Assembly: GCF_004010195.1 (NCBI RefSeq)
Contig: NC_057749.1
Coordinates: forward strand, 7,151,416-7,215,415
Source: Chiloscyllium plagiosum
Lineage: Eukaryota
DNA: 64,000 nucleotides
Direction of reading: 5' to 3'
The notes beneath the pieces were generated by a model that was given only the letters and a program-made list of their open reading frames with translations, was not told the DNA's origin and did not search any database. The number at the start of each line of letters is the position of its first letter. Position 1 is the stretch's first letter. Positions 38,691 through 50,534 of the stretch are shown here, in pieces. A program made the translations under genes and the position numbers.

Positions 38691-39824
38691 TGACTATTTT
38701 CAGCGATGCCAGTGGACCGAAGCAGAAGATTGGTGATGTCAGCATCAGGAATAAGTTCAAAAGGCTGGATTCAATGGGGATTGAACAGACAGGGCTCTGT
38801 GGGGCTGCTGACGAAGGGTGGGGGGCATGATTCAAATGTGTTAATCCAGGTACGTTCATTCCCACTGGCCAAGAGACCTTCCCGCACCAACCACCAGGTT
38901 TACACATCAGAGTCCTTCTTACGGTTAGCCTGTTGATTTGGCCAATGTCCAAGAAGTAGCAAGAGCAAAATGAAGGCCTTAAATTAATTCTCAAAGGTTT
39001 CAGTTATGCTCAACCATGTAGAAAGATTGTTCTTGCATCATTCCAACCTGGATTGAATCAGAGGGAGGTTGGTGTCTGATGAAATCTTCACCCCACACCT
39101 TCCCAAACCCTCTATGGTTGGGAGGTGGGCACCATTTAATCCTTCCCGGTGACACAAGCAGTTTCCTTTTGGCCTGTTGCATTTCACATGGAAAACAGAC
39201 TTCTTTCAATTCTGCCCATCTGACTTACTTACTTCTTCCCTCAAAGATGCTGACTCCTGTACAGTAATGGACAGCCATCAGTACCACAACTAAGGAACCT
39301 TCCTTCCACATGGAGCATTAGGTATTAACTGTCTGAAGCTTTTCCATCAAAGAACGAGGATAAACGAAGCCTAGACCACAGTTAAGCGGTAGTTCTGGAA
39401 CCTAAACTACACTAGTTTAAAGTTTGTTCATAAAAGGGTCAGGTCTGACCAAGCTTAACTCCTGATCTGACAGTCGATTGTCCCTTCATACTACCTACAG
39501 GTGTTAGTTCTTTTAAAACTCCTGACAAATGCTTCTGAGGCGTACAATTTGTTCATGTTCTGATCTCCAAAAAAATTGTGCACAGGCACTAAGGTGAAGA
39601 AAGAAAAATGAGAAAGGGAACAATATTTGACAAATTGCTGTGCAGTGAGAAAAGCTGGAAGTGATCGATGCCGAAGGCAAGAAATAATTGGAAAAATAAA
39701 CAAATGGATGTCACTTCGAAGGTCTTACACTTCCTGTAGTCTAAACGTACAGTTCTGCACATCGCCGCTTTCTCCCTGCCAATAGTGTGATTCCATTGTT
39801 TTCTCTGCTTTTAGTGAGGGGACA

Positions 39825-40420
39825 GGTTCAAAGGTGACTAGAACACCTATGTTCTGTCTGCAAAATATGATCCTGACCTTCCAGCTGCCGACCACTCCAA
39901 TACACCACCATGTTTCCTGGCCAACATCTCTGTCTCAGGGTTGCTGCAATGCTCCAGAGAAGCTCAGTGCAAGCACATCTCACTTTCCACTTGGGAACCC
40001 TACAGCCTTCTGGACTCAATATTGACTTCAACAATTTTAGGCCATGAGGAACCTTCTCCCATGTCCTTTGCCCAATTCCTGCACCCCAGGCCTTGTCATC
40101 ACATGGTCTGCTACATACATAACCTATTGTCAGCTACTAACAGTCTCCATTCGCAGCTATTCATTCTCCTAGACTGACCTATACCCAGTTCTTTGTTTGT
40201 CCAACTGTTTTTCTCTCTCTTTAGGCTCGATGTCCACCTATAATTTACTCCTCCCCATTGCGTCCCCGCCCATCCCCCAACCAGCTTCTGCATAAATACC
40301 AACCTTTTCCTAGCTACAATCAGTTCTGAAGAAGGTCACTGGACCCAAAGCATTAACTCTGATTTCTCTCCACACCAGCTCTGTCCTACCACCTGAAGTT
40401 TTCCATCAATTTCTGCTTTA
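39825..40420 (+). mobile_element. Neptune-type PLE 3' fragment with family C terminal repeat
   Basis: GIY-YIG C-terminus remnant (..FHLGTLQPSGLNIDFNNFR); degraded hammerhead cagttctgaagaaggtcactggaccc at 40321. Confidence 0.75.
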
Positions 40421-40689
40421 GTAACTCAAACGAAGAATGGGTTGGGGCTGAGTCTCAGTGCTGTTGCCTTGATTCTTCGACCTGCACTTACTTGGACAGC
40501 ATGTAGTTGTCTGTCAATTCTTGATTTGCCCTCCCAATTCCACACAGCCACTGAATAGCACAGGAAGAAGGCCATTCAGCCCTTTTGTATAACCTTGCAT
40601 TTAATCTCATTCCCCTACTCTTTCTAATTTCAAGTAATGTTGATCTTGTTAACGCTGACCTTGCTTTGTGCACCTCCTGTGCAGTGAAA

Positions 40690-40822
40690 ACTTGTATACC
40701 TCGCTCTGCCTAAGCACCCTCTGATCTGTATGTGCTTGCTTAGTATGATCTGCCTGTACTACACACAAACAAAGCTTTTCACTGTACTCAGGTATATGTG
40801 ACTACAATAAATCAAATCAAAA
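40690..40822 (+). mobile_element. Rex1-like LINE 3' tail
   Basis: aaagcttttcactgtact..gtatatgtgac..aataaatcaaatcaaa, like 35500-35597. Confidence 0.6.
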
Positions 40823-40840
40823 CATTTCACATTGCATAAT

Positions 40841-41080
40841 TGGTGGCACAGTGGTTCATTGCTCAGCGCTGCTGCCTCACAGGACCAGGGTTCAATTCCA
40901 GTTTCATGTGACTGTGTGGAGTTTGCACATTCTCCCTGTGTCTGTGTGGGTTTCCTCCAGGTGCTCCGGGTTCCTCCCACAGTCCAAAGATATGCAGGTT
41001 GGGTAAGTTGTCCATGGTGTTCAGGAATGTGCAGATTAGGTGCATTAGTCAGAGAGAAATGGGTCTGGGTGGGTTAATCT
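40841..41080 (+). mobile_element. HE1-type V-SINE, 3'-truncated
   Basis: Head and V-domain; tail missing. Confidence 0.88.
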
Positions 41081-41104
41081 TAGAACTTCAACTTTTAGAT
41101 CTGG

Positions 41105-44100
41105 TCTATCATTTTCCATCACTATTTTAAAACTAATGGTTGCTGGCCCCAAAGTGCTCCCCCACTGACACTTCAGTCACCTGCCCTGCCTTATTTCCCA
41201 AGACTAGGTCAAGTTTTGCACCTTCTCCAGTAGGTACATTCACATACTGGATCAGAAAATTTTCTTGCACACTCTTAACAAATACCTCTCCACCTAAATC
41301 CTTAACCCATCTAGTCCCAGTCTATGTTTGCAAAGTTAAAATCCCCTATCATAACCACCCTATTATTCTTACAGATAACTGAAATCTCCTTACAAATTTG
41401 TTTTTCAATTTCCCGCTGACTATTAGGGTGCCTATAACGCAATGCCAATAAGGTGATCATCCCTTTCGTATTTCTCAGTTCCATCCAAATAACTTCCAGG
41501 AAGTATTTCCAGGAATATTCTCCCTCAGTACAGCCATAATGCTGTCCCTTATTAAAACACCACTCCCCCTCCTCTCTTACCTCCCTTTCTATCCTTCCTG
41601 GAGCATTTGTATCCTGGAACATGAAGCTGCCAGTCCTGCCAATCCCTGAGCCATGTTTCTGTAATTGCTATGATACCCCAGTCCCACGTTCCTAACTATG
41701 CCCTGAGATCATCTGCCTTCCCTGTTTGGCCTCTTGCATTGACACAAATGTAGTTTAATTTATCAGTCCTACCTTGTTCTCTGCTTTGTTCCTGCCTGCC
41801 CTGACTATTTGACTCGCTTCTTTTCTCAACTGTACCAGTCTCAGACTGATTTCTTTTCGCAGTATCTCCCTGGGTCCCACCTCCCCTCCTTACTAGTTTA
41901 AATCCTCCTGAGCAGCTCTAGCAAATCTCCCTGCCAGTATATTAGTCCCCTCCAATTCAGGAGCAATCCATCCTTCTTCTTCAGGTCACTTCTACCCAAG
42001 AGATTTCAATGATCCAAAAATGTGTATCCTTCTCCCATATAACAACTCCTCAGCCACGCATTCATCTGCTCTATCCTCCTATTCCTACCCTCACTAGCTC
42101 GTGGTACCTGGAGTAATCCAGGTATTACTACCCTCAAGGACCTCCTTTTTACATTCCTGTCTAAATTTCTACATTCTCCCTTCAGAATCTCATCGTTTTC
42201 CCTTCCTATGTCATTGGTACCAATGTGTACAATGACCTCCTGCTGGTCCCTTTCCCCTTTGAGAACATTTTGTACCCTCTCTGAGACATCCTTGATCCTG
42301 GCACCAAGGAGGCAACACACCATTCCGATTTTTCACTGCTGGCTGCAGAAACGTCTGTTTGTGCCCCTGAGTAGAGAGTCCCCGATCGCTTGGAACCCGA
42401 CGTACCCCTCATTTCATTACACCCAGTCTTGATACCAGAAACTTGGCTGTTCGTGCTACATTCCCCTGAAAGTCCATCACCCCCAACATTTTCCAAAACA
42501 GCAGACTTGTTTGGAATACGGATAGCCACAGAAGACACCAGTGCTACCTGCCGCATCTGCTCTCAGTAGGACCAGTTCCACTACAGAACATGTTAGATGA
42601 CCTCCTTCTTTAAAGGCCACAATTCCCCCTCCCATGTTGATGATGCCCTCCAGTGCATCTCATCCACTTCCCGCACCTCCGCCCTCAAACCCCACCCCTC
42701 CACCCGCAACAAGAACAGAACCCCCTCCGGTCCTCACCTTACACCCACCAACCTCCGTATGCATTGCATCATCCTCCACCATCACCTACAAACGGACCCC
42801 ACCACCAGAGATATATTTCCCTCCCCACCCCAATCCGCTTTCCGTAAAGATCGTTCCCTCCGGGACTACCTGGTCAGGTCCACACCCCCCAATAACTCAC
42901 CATCTCCTCCTGGCACCTTCCCCTGCCACCGCAGGAATTGCAAAACCTGCACTCACACCTCTCCCCTCACCTCCATCCAAGGCCCCAGAGGAGCCTTCCA
43001 CATCCATCAGAGTTTTACCTGCACTTGCACACATGTCATTTACTGCATCTGTTGTTCCCGATGCGGTCTCCTCTACATTGGGGAGACGGGACGCCTACTC
43101 GCAGAGCACTTCAGAGAACATCTCCGGGACACCCACACCAACCAACCCCACTGCCCCGTGGCCAAACACTTCAACTCCCCTTCCCGTTGTGCCGAGGACA
43201 TGCAGTTCCTGGGCCACCTCCATCGCCGCTCCCTTCCCACCCGACGCCTGGAGGAAGAACGATTCATCTTCCACCATGGGACTCTCCAACACCATGGCGT
43301 CAATGTGGATTTCAGCAGTTTCCTCATTTCCCCTCCCCCCACCTTACCCTAGTTCCAATCTTCCAGCTCAGCACCACCCTCATGACCTGTCCCACCTGTC
43401 CATCTTCCTTCCCACCTAACCGCTCCACCTTCCCCTCTGACTTATCACCGTTACCTGCACCTCCATTGACCTAGTGCACTCTCCCCCACAGCCCCACCCC
43501 CTCCCATTTATCTCTCTACCCCCGAGGCTCCCAGCCTCATTCCTGATGAAGGGCTTTTGCCCAAAATATCGATTTTCTTTCTCCTTGGATGCTGCCTGAC
43601 CTGCTGTGCTTTTTCAGCATCACACTCTCAACTCTAATCTCCAGCATCTGCAGTTCTCACTTTCACCTTCCTGTACTACCCACCTACCTCTCCTACCTTT
43701 CTTGGAGTTAACTCATCTACCTGACTGTATCTGCAACTTTACTCCCTTCCTAAAACTGCCATCTATCACACACTCTTGCTCATGTAAATTCCTCATTGCC
43801 TCTAACTGTCGCTCCAACTGATCCATTCAATATGACAGGATTCGCAACCAACAACATTTATTGCGGATATAATCCTCAGTAACCCTTAAACTCTCCCAAA
43901 ACTCCTACATATGACAAGAAGAGCATTTCACTCGACTAAAGGCCATTTTGCTCCTTCCAAATTACAGATGCAGAAAATAACACCGTCTTATTGCTCTACA
44001 AAACACTGCTCCAGGCTAGCTTAATATGTATGGCTTATATTTTTAAAATTTAATCAAGAGACAGATCCCGATAAAAACAAATAATCAAGAAAGAACCCAT

Positions 44101-44580
44101 TCTACTCACTATTGTAGAGTTACAGTAAGGCAATACTTAAAACTATTTATTTATCTGTTTCTGTGCTGTGACCTCTCCCAAACAGGTTCCACCGAGATCA
44201 GTTGTGAATTTCGTTGTTTACGTTTTCCTGGACACACTCCGATATCCAGCAAAACATAAATTCAAACAGCAAAGGCAGTAACTGCGCAGATTCACTGCTG
44301 TGTCAGTTAGCAGTGTGGGTTTCTTTTTCTCTCTCTCTCTCTCTCTCTCTTACAGACCATGTGCTTACTGCCTTTGTCTGTCTGTCTCCCTTTTAAAAGT
44401 GCTATTGTTCTGACTTTTTTTTCTCCAAAGTTCCAAAGTAATTGCAACATCATATAAAACAGCAATTGCTGCACCTGGAATTCGAGGAAATCACCTCCAA
44501 CACCTAAAATACCCCCAAACAGGAGCAGCCTGTTCCAGCCAGAACTTTTTCTTGTCCTCCATCTTGGATTACCCAGAATC
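41105..44580 (-). mobile_element. CR1 LINE 5' half: 5' UTR, ORF1 (zinc finger + SGNH esterase) and ORF2 APE endonuclease; disrupted
   Basis: ORF1 ATG at 43946 (MAFSRVKCSSCHM..); VCCLLGARIKDV..VHIGTNDIGR..MNAWL; APE motif VMIGDFNFANIDWD. Split by a PLE at 42553-43668. Confidence 0.9.
42553..43668 (+). mobile_element. Neptune-type Penelope-like element, 5'-truncated (linker Cys cluster, GIY-YIG endonuclease, family A terminal repeat)
   Basis: ORF 42597-43352: PCHRRNCKTC, FTC...VIYCICCSRCGLLYIGETGR..FREH..VAKHFN. Hammerhead core at 43543. Degenerate TSD gtgctacctgcc/gtactacccacc. Confidence 0.93.
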
Positions 44581-45797
44581 CACTTGTGGTGTTAAAACTC
44601 AGGTTAAACTCACCACCAGACATCTCTCTCTCTCTAATGACAGTGAGCAAACCTCTGGGACTATGGTGACTTTACCTCACAGCACAACGTTACCCTACCT
44701 TGCCCAGATAAGGAGGAGAGGGCATGATCAATGAGCCAACAGTTCTTTTTGAGCTCATAATTTCCATGTGCTTGGTCAACCGTAGATGGAGAACCACGTT
44801 TGCAAAACAAGGCCTTCACGGTTAATGACAAACTTTGCGCTCCTTTACCCACCATTTAGTGCAGTGGATGAGATTAATGATTAATTTTTAAAGACAGCAA
44901 ATTATTTTTACAAAGTGAAATCCATGAATAGCCTAACTAACTACGAATTAATATGAGACAGTATATTTGTATTTGGATGTACCTCCTATTACTTATTAAA
45001 ATCTCTTTCTCCTTGCTCTAAGATTGCAACATGCCAACTCGTAAAGGGAGGCGAGGAAGCATCCTCAACGGTAGAACATACACTCAGTTTTGCATCCAAA
45101 GGAATCGTGCCCGTTATTAAACAAAAATAGGTAAAGTACATTTTTTTCCTCTCTTCTTCATCCATCATTATAATTTTTAAATTTTTTAAAATTCTCCTTT
45201 CATTTGGCAACAAATGCCGTGGATATTTGAGGGCATGTTGCCTTGGGTTTTGTCAGGGCACTCACACGATCCTCAATAACAGCAATACAATTATGGCCAT
45301 CTCCTGCCTAAAACATTAAAAAGCTATTTCGGTCTAATTATTTCTTGTGCTAGTGCTCTGGGAAATTGCTTTATTTTCTTGCACAAAAATATAAAATAAT
45401 ATGATCGTTATATTCAGGCAATTCCACCCCTCCCCTTCAAACACTGAGCAAATACTCCCAACAGCGATGAACTCACAAATTTTATAAGATTGAGGCACAT
45501 GCAATGCATTTTAATATTGTTGGGGGACCTGTGGCTGGTTAGGTGGTAAGGTGGAGCACCTCGAGCTTCATGAGGAGAGGGACATTGTAGAATGCAATAC
45601 ACAAAACATAGGAGAAACAAAGTCGGGTCACAACACAGGAGAAGATCATTTGGCCCAATGAGACGGTGCTAGGTAAAAACAAGGGTGTTAACCATGGGAA
45701 ATGCAGGGGCATAGAGAAAAGAAAGGGAGATGGTTCTGGGTGGTACTTCGGTGGATCAGTACGCACTTGTTGGACCAAACGGCCTTATTTCACACGA

Positions 45798-46219
45798 CAG
45801 TAGAACCTCGATTATCTGAATGAGACAAGTGGGGAGTATTTTGTTCAGATAATTGATCCAATTGTAAACAAGAGGTAATTAGAGTGCTGGTTATCGAACA
45901 TTTCTCGGTTATCTGGCAATGCACACCATAATGCCATTTAACCGATAACTGAATAGAAATGAACCGCGATTATCTGAAGGATGTGGGTGGGGAATATTTC
46001 ATAGGGTTAATTGAATTCCGGATAATCAAATGCCAGATAACATAGTTTAACCAAGCATCGGGACCTTGCAATCTTGCCGGATAATCCGATATTCAGGTAA
46101 TCAAATGCCAGATAATTGAGATTCCTCTGTACTGAGTGGCCTAATTATGGGACTTTAAGATTTTGTTCAGATAATCCGAAATTTGGATAATTGATGTTCG
46201 GATAAACGAGGTTGTACTG
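45798..46219. mobile_element. Tigger/pogo-like MITE with a second related MITE nested at ~45953-46129, inserted in an HE1 tail (45640-46235)
   Basis: TIR cagtagaacctcgattatctg matches both right ends (18/21 and 17/21); each right end is followed by TA; internal ggataat repeats. Confidence 0.75.
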
Positions 46220-46389
46220 TATATGGATTCTATGGAAAAAGCAATATCCTGAACTGCACTGTCCAGCTTTTGTTTGACAATCCTCGATGTTAGAGCACTG
46301 CAAATGCCTATCAAAGTACTTATTAAGTTCACTGAGGCTTTCTGTCTTGATACTACTTTTCAGGCAGCAAGTTCCAGACCAGTATGGAC

Positions 46390-46730
46390 TGCATGGAGGT
46401 TCGGTCATTAGCACTGCTGCCTCAAAGCGTCAGGGACGCAGGTTTGATTCCACCCTTGGGCATCTGTCTGTAGGAGTTTGCACATTCTCCTTGTGTCTGT
46501 GTTGGTTTTCTCTGGGTACTCTAGTTTCTACCCACAGCCTAAAGATACGCAGCTCAGCTGGATTCACTGTGCTAAATTGCTATTTTGTGTTGGGGACGTG
46601 CAGCCTAGGTGGATTAGCCGTGAGAAATACACGGTTACAGGGATAGTGTGGGTCTGGGTGCGATGTTCTTTGAGGGGTTGATGTAGACCTGATGAGCCAA
46701 ATCGTCTGCTCTGACAATGTAGAGATTTTA
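46390..46730 (+). mobile_element. HE1-type V-SINE (diverged)
   Basis: Head, V-domain and tail. Confidence 0.82.
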
Positions 46731-47214
46731 TGTAATATCGGCTGAGTTAAAACCAAATCACTTTAATTCCCCAGCAATTCTTCAATAATTCCTTTACTAG
46801 AATCTGACGAGAGAGGAAAAAATATTATGAACTTAATATAAATCTTCTTCATAACTGAAGAGTGATACAACATGTTAATGAAGAAGAGACATATTCAACT
46901 TCAAAGGTTAAGTCTGTTTCTCTCTCTACACATGTTGCCAGACCAGCTGAGTTTCTACAGCACTTCCTGCTTTTTGCAAAATTTCTAGATCTCCAGCATC
47001 CATAGTACTTTCCTTTTACCCTGTGCTTTCTAATTCTGTGCTGCAAGACTCTTAAGGACTTAAATGCAAAATGCATCACCACATTGCTTTTGTTATTCAC
47101 AGTCGAGCACAATGAAAGCTCTTTCCTAAAAGTAAGGTTGATGTTGATACACGGCCAAAGATGGAGAGTGATATCCTCATGAAACATCTCTCTATTATAC
47201 AATGGATTCTCCGA

Positions 47215-47725
47215 TATAGGAAGGATTTTATTACCAGAAAGATTTCATTAAGCTGGAGAGGGCTCAGAACAGCTTTACCAGCTCGTTGCTGGGAATGCAG
47301 GGCTTGTGCTATAAGAAGAGGTTGGGGCTTTTTTTCACTGGAGCCTAGAAGGTTAAGAGGTACCTCAGAGGTTTACAAAATTACGAGAAGCATAGATAAG
47401 GTGAATGGTACATGTCTTTTCCCTAGGGTTGGGGCATTTCAAGGTGAGGGGGCATATTTTTAAGGTGAGAGGAGAAATATTTGCAAAAGACATGTAGGGC
47501 CTTTTTTTACATAGAGGCTGGTTCATGTGTGGAATGAACTTCCAGAGGAAGTGGTAGATGCGGGTACAGTTATAATGCTTAAAAGACATTTGGATAAGCA
47601 CATGAATAAGAAATGTTTGGAGGGATATGGACCAAGCGCAGGCAGGTGGGACTAGATTAGAATGGGATTATGCTCTGCATGGACTGGTTGGACCAAAGGA
47701 TTCCGTGCTGTATGACTCCATTACT
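47215..47725 (+). mobile_element. HER1/CR1 LINE 3' end
   Basis: FFSLEPRRLRG..EVYKI and tail. Confidence 0.85.
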
Positions 47726-47754
47726 GATATGATGGAGTAGATTTGAGACTGTTA

Positions 47755-47975
47755 TGATAGCCTAGTGGCTTTATCACTAGACTATTAATCAAGTGATCCA
47801 GCTATTGCTCTGGGTTCAATTCCCATACCAGCTGAAGTTACAATGAAGGGCTCTCTTTTTCAACCTCTCCCCTCACCTGAGGTGTGCTGACCCACAGGTT
47901 AAATCACCATCAGTCATCTCTCTCTAACAAGAGAGCAGCTCTATGGTCCGACAGGACGTTGGCGACTTATCTTTA
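47755..47975 (+). mobile_element. Chimera of a family B SINE head and a family C SINE body
   Basis: atcactagactattaatc...gggttcaattccc, then aggttaaatcaccatcag...gagagcagctctatggtc. Confidence 0.55.
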
Positions 47976-48929
47976 CCAACATCTTATTCCATAGATGCAC
48001 TAGCCTTGTTTTTTTTTCTCCAGTCTGTCATTATTTTACATTTCATTCAGACGAAGTTTCACTGTGAGTTTTCCTTCTCAAACTGACAAACAACAGCCTA
48101 TTTAGTGTGTGAAATAAAATTGAGAAGGACGAGACGGACATGTACCACAATCTGAAAGCCTGATTGCCTCTCACTCGGCATTGCCCCTTCTTTTGACAAC
48201 ATCCTGCAGATTGTTCCTGATAAGCTTTCATTAATAATATTGTAAAACAATGTGGCAGTCTTGCACAAGAGTCATTTATCCATGTACTGTGTCTGCAGGA
48301 AAAAAAAACTGCCTATGTTTAAAGTCATTTATCACTGTAGTGAGTTTACTGGGACAGCAGCAAAGCCTCGGAACATTCAACAAAGGAGCCAACATTTGAA
48401 CTTTCAACTCCATGTGCACACGAACTCGATTATACATATATATTCAGACTGAGCGATGGCACTTGGGAGAGGGTTAAAGGTGGCAACCGAGTCATGGGGA
48501 TTTGAAATGATATTTATAGCTTTGCTCTCTCTGTTTATGAGGTCGCCTCAATTCGTAGATTAAGTTACTAGCTGGGTAACTGACTCTCAGCTATTTATTC
48601 ACCTCACACATCACGGTTGCTGGGTCAGCCCAAAGTATTTCATATGCTGAGCCAACTACCTTGAAGTTGCAGGGAAGTTAGACTTCAGGAGCCCTTGTTA
48701 GACTCCTGACGCACAGTTTGCAATCCTGTTCCAGAGTAAGCTTGCACTTGTTGAATTGAAGGAACTGCTTACATTTACAACCAAAGTCCTCAGGAAAGTC
48801 TCCGAACATTTCACAAAGTTATCCTCAAGTGTGGCAGGCACTGTCATGTTGGCAAATGTGCCAGCCACCTAACCCATTGCAAGCAAACCTGGTCTGAACA
48901 CCCACTCAATTTTAAATGATAAGATAATT

Positions 48930-49350
48930 ACAAATAGGAACATGCATAGACCTTTCAGCTCCTCAAGTCTGGTATGCCATTCAAGAGGACCCTGGCTGAT
49001 GCAACCCTCATCACATTCACTTGCTTGTCCTTTTCATTTAACCCTTGATTATCCATCTGATTGAGAATCAATCATCTCAGCCTTAAATAGACACAAGGAC
49101 TCTGTCCCCACAGCTCTCTGTGGCAAACAGTTCCAAAGACTCTCAATACTCAGGAAAAGAAATTCCTCCTTATCTCAGTTTTAAATTGGAATCTCTTTAT
49201 CCTGCGGCTGTGCCCTCTAGTCCTAAACTTTCCCTTGAGGGGAAACATCTCAGCATTGACCCTGTCAAGCCCTTTCAGAATCCAATATGTTTTAATGAGA
49301 TCACCTCTCATTTTTCTGAACTCCAGTGAGTGGAGTAGCAACCTGTTTAG
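48930..49350 (-). mobile_element. CR1 LINE 3' fragment
   Basis: Minus-strand LHSLEFRKMRGDLIKTYWILKGLDRV..RTRGHS..RRNFFS. Confidence 0.85.
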
Positions 49351-49584
49351 CCTTTTTCTGTCCTTGCTGATATTGGCTTTGACACCCAGGTTGGCCAAAA
49401 TATCAGAAGAATTCTCAGTTCCACAGCAGTAGTGCCATGGCTCCAAATGGAACAGGCAACAGTACCTGAATAAACATTTTGAGTTTTCCCATAACATTCT
49501 ACGCAGTATCACCCCAGATTTTAGCCATGGACTGAAGTTTAACCCAGCAACTTTGAGTTTCTGTGGTAGGAGAGCTCTGGCGTG

Positions 49585-49880
49585 TAGAGTCTATCAACAA
49601 ACACATCGAGTTAGACCCCCATCTAGCACCCCCTGAGTAAAAGAACAGGAAATGACATCATCACAGGAAATGATGTCACCACAGGAAATGTCATCACCAA
49701 CCCAAAGAAACCCAAATATATAAGTAGAAAGCAGGAATTATCAACAGTGCTTTGCCCGGAGGCCCACTGAAGATGTTACCTAGGAGGGTGACGAAACGTC
49801 TGGAAATGAACCTTCCAGCTCAGTGAGCAAACCTACATCCAGAACCTCCACCTGAGCTACAAATCTTCTCAAAACTCCCT
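49585..49880 (+). mobile_element. Poseidon-type PLE 3' end (family D terminal repeat)
   Basis: SINKHIELDPI C-terminus, 3' UTR and an intact hammerhead motif. Confidence 0.8.
49764..49803 (+). ncRNA. Minimal type I hammerhead ribozyme motif (family D)
   Basis: CCA-CUGAAGA-U-GUUACC uaggag GGUGAC-GAAA-CGU-C-UGG. Confidence 0.8.
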
Positions 49881-49904
49881 AATAATCAATAATGTTTCTT
49901 ATGT

Positions 49905-50052
49905 CTGGCAAAAGCCCTTCATTCCTGATGAAGGGCTTTTGCCCGAAACGTTGATTTTGCCTGTCCTCGGATGCTGCCTGAATTGCTGTGCTCTTCCAGC
50001 ACCACTAATCCAGAATCTGGTTTCCAGCATCTGCAGTCATTGTTTTTACCTC
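49905..50052 (+). mobile_element. PLE family A insertion with a short (16 bp) fold-back
   Basis: ggcaaaagcccttcat-tcctg-atgaagggcttttgcc; perfect 14 bp TSD aatgtttcttatgt (49891-49904, 50053-50066). Confidence 0.88.
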
Positions 50053-50212
50053 AATGTTTCTTATGTTCCCTGCCTCCAGCATAGTCTTACTTGTGTCCCG
50101 TTTACTTTGCTCTCAGTTAAGAGGACCCATTCCTTCTCTTGCACATCTTAATTCACATTCATTTTAACATATTTTTCTCTTCCATCGCCATGAACAACCC
50201 TTTTATCTTTTG

Positions 50213-50436
50213 AAACAAAAGCAGACATTGCTGGAAAAGCTCAGCAGGTCAGGCAGCATCTGTGGAGAGAAATCAGAATTAACGTTTCGGGTCGAGTGAC
50301 CCTCAGGAAGGGTCAATGGTCCCAAAATGTTAATTCTGATCTCTCTTCATGGATGCTGCCAGACCTGCTGAGTTTTCCAGCAATGCCTGCTTTTGTTTCT
50401 GATTTCCAGCGTCCAAAGTTCTTTCAGTTTTTGTTT
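50213..50436 (+). mobile_element. Fold-back PLE terminal repeat, family C
   Basis: About 90 bp imperfect arms around gtgaccctcaggaagggtca, plus a unique 3' end. Confidence 0.8.
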
Positions 50437-50534
50437 CACTTTGACTTTCGCACTCGGCCTCTGCCTCTGTCAAAATTAAAAAGAAAATTCTCAACACCTT
50501 TCAGTTCTGAAGAAATCATACTGGATCCAAAATT

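Noticed and set aside
42634..43474. Pro-rich 261 and 178 aa ORFs
   Set aside because: Alternative frames of the C-rich PLE coding strand.
44766..44800. gtgcttggtcaacc resembles miR-218
   Set aside because: Mismatched and no hairpin.
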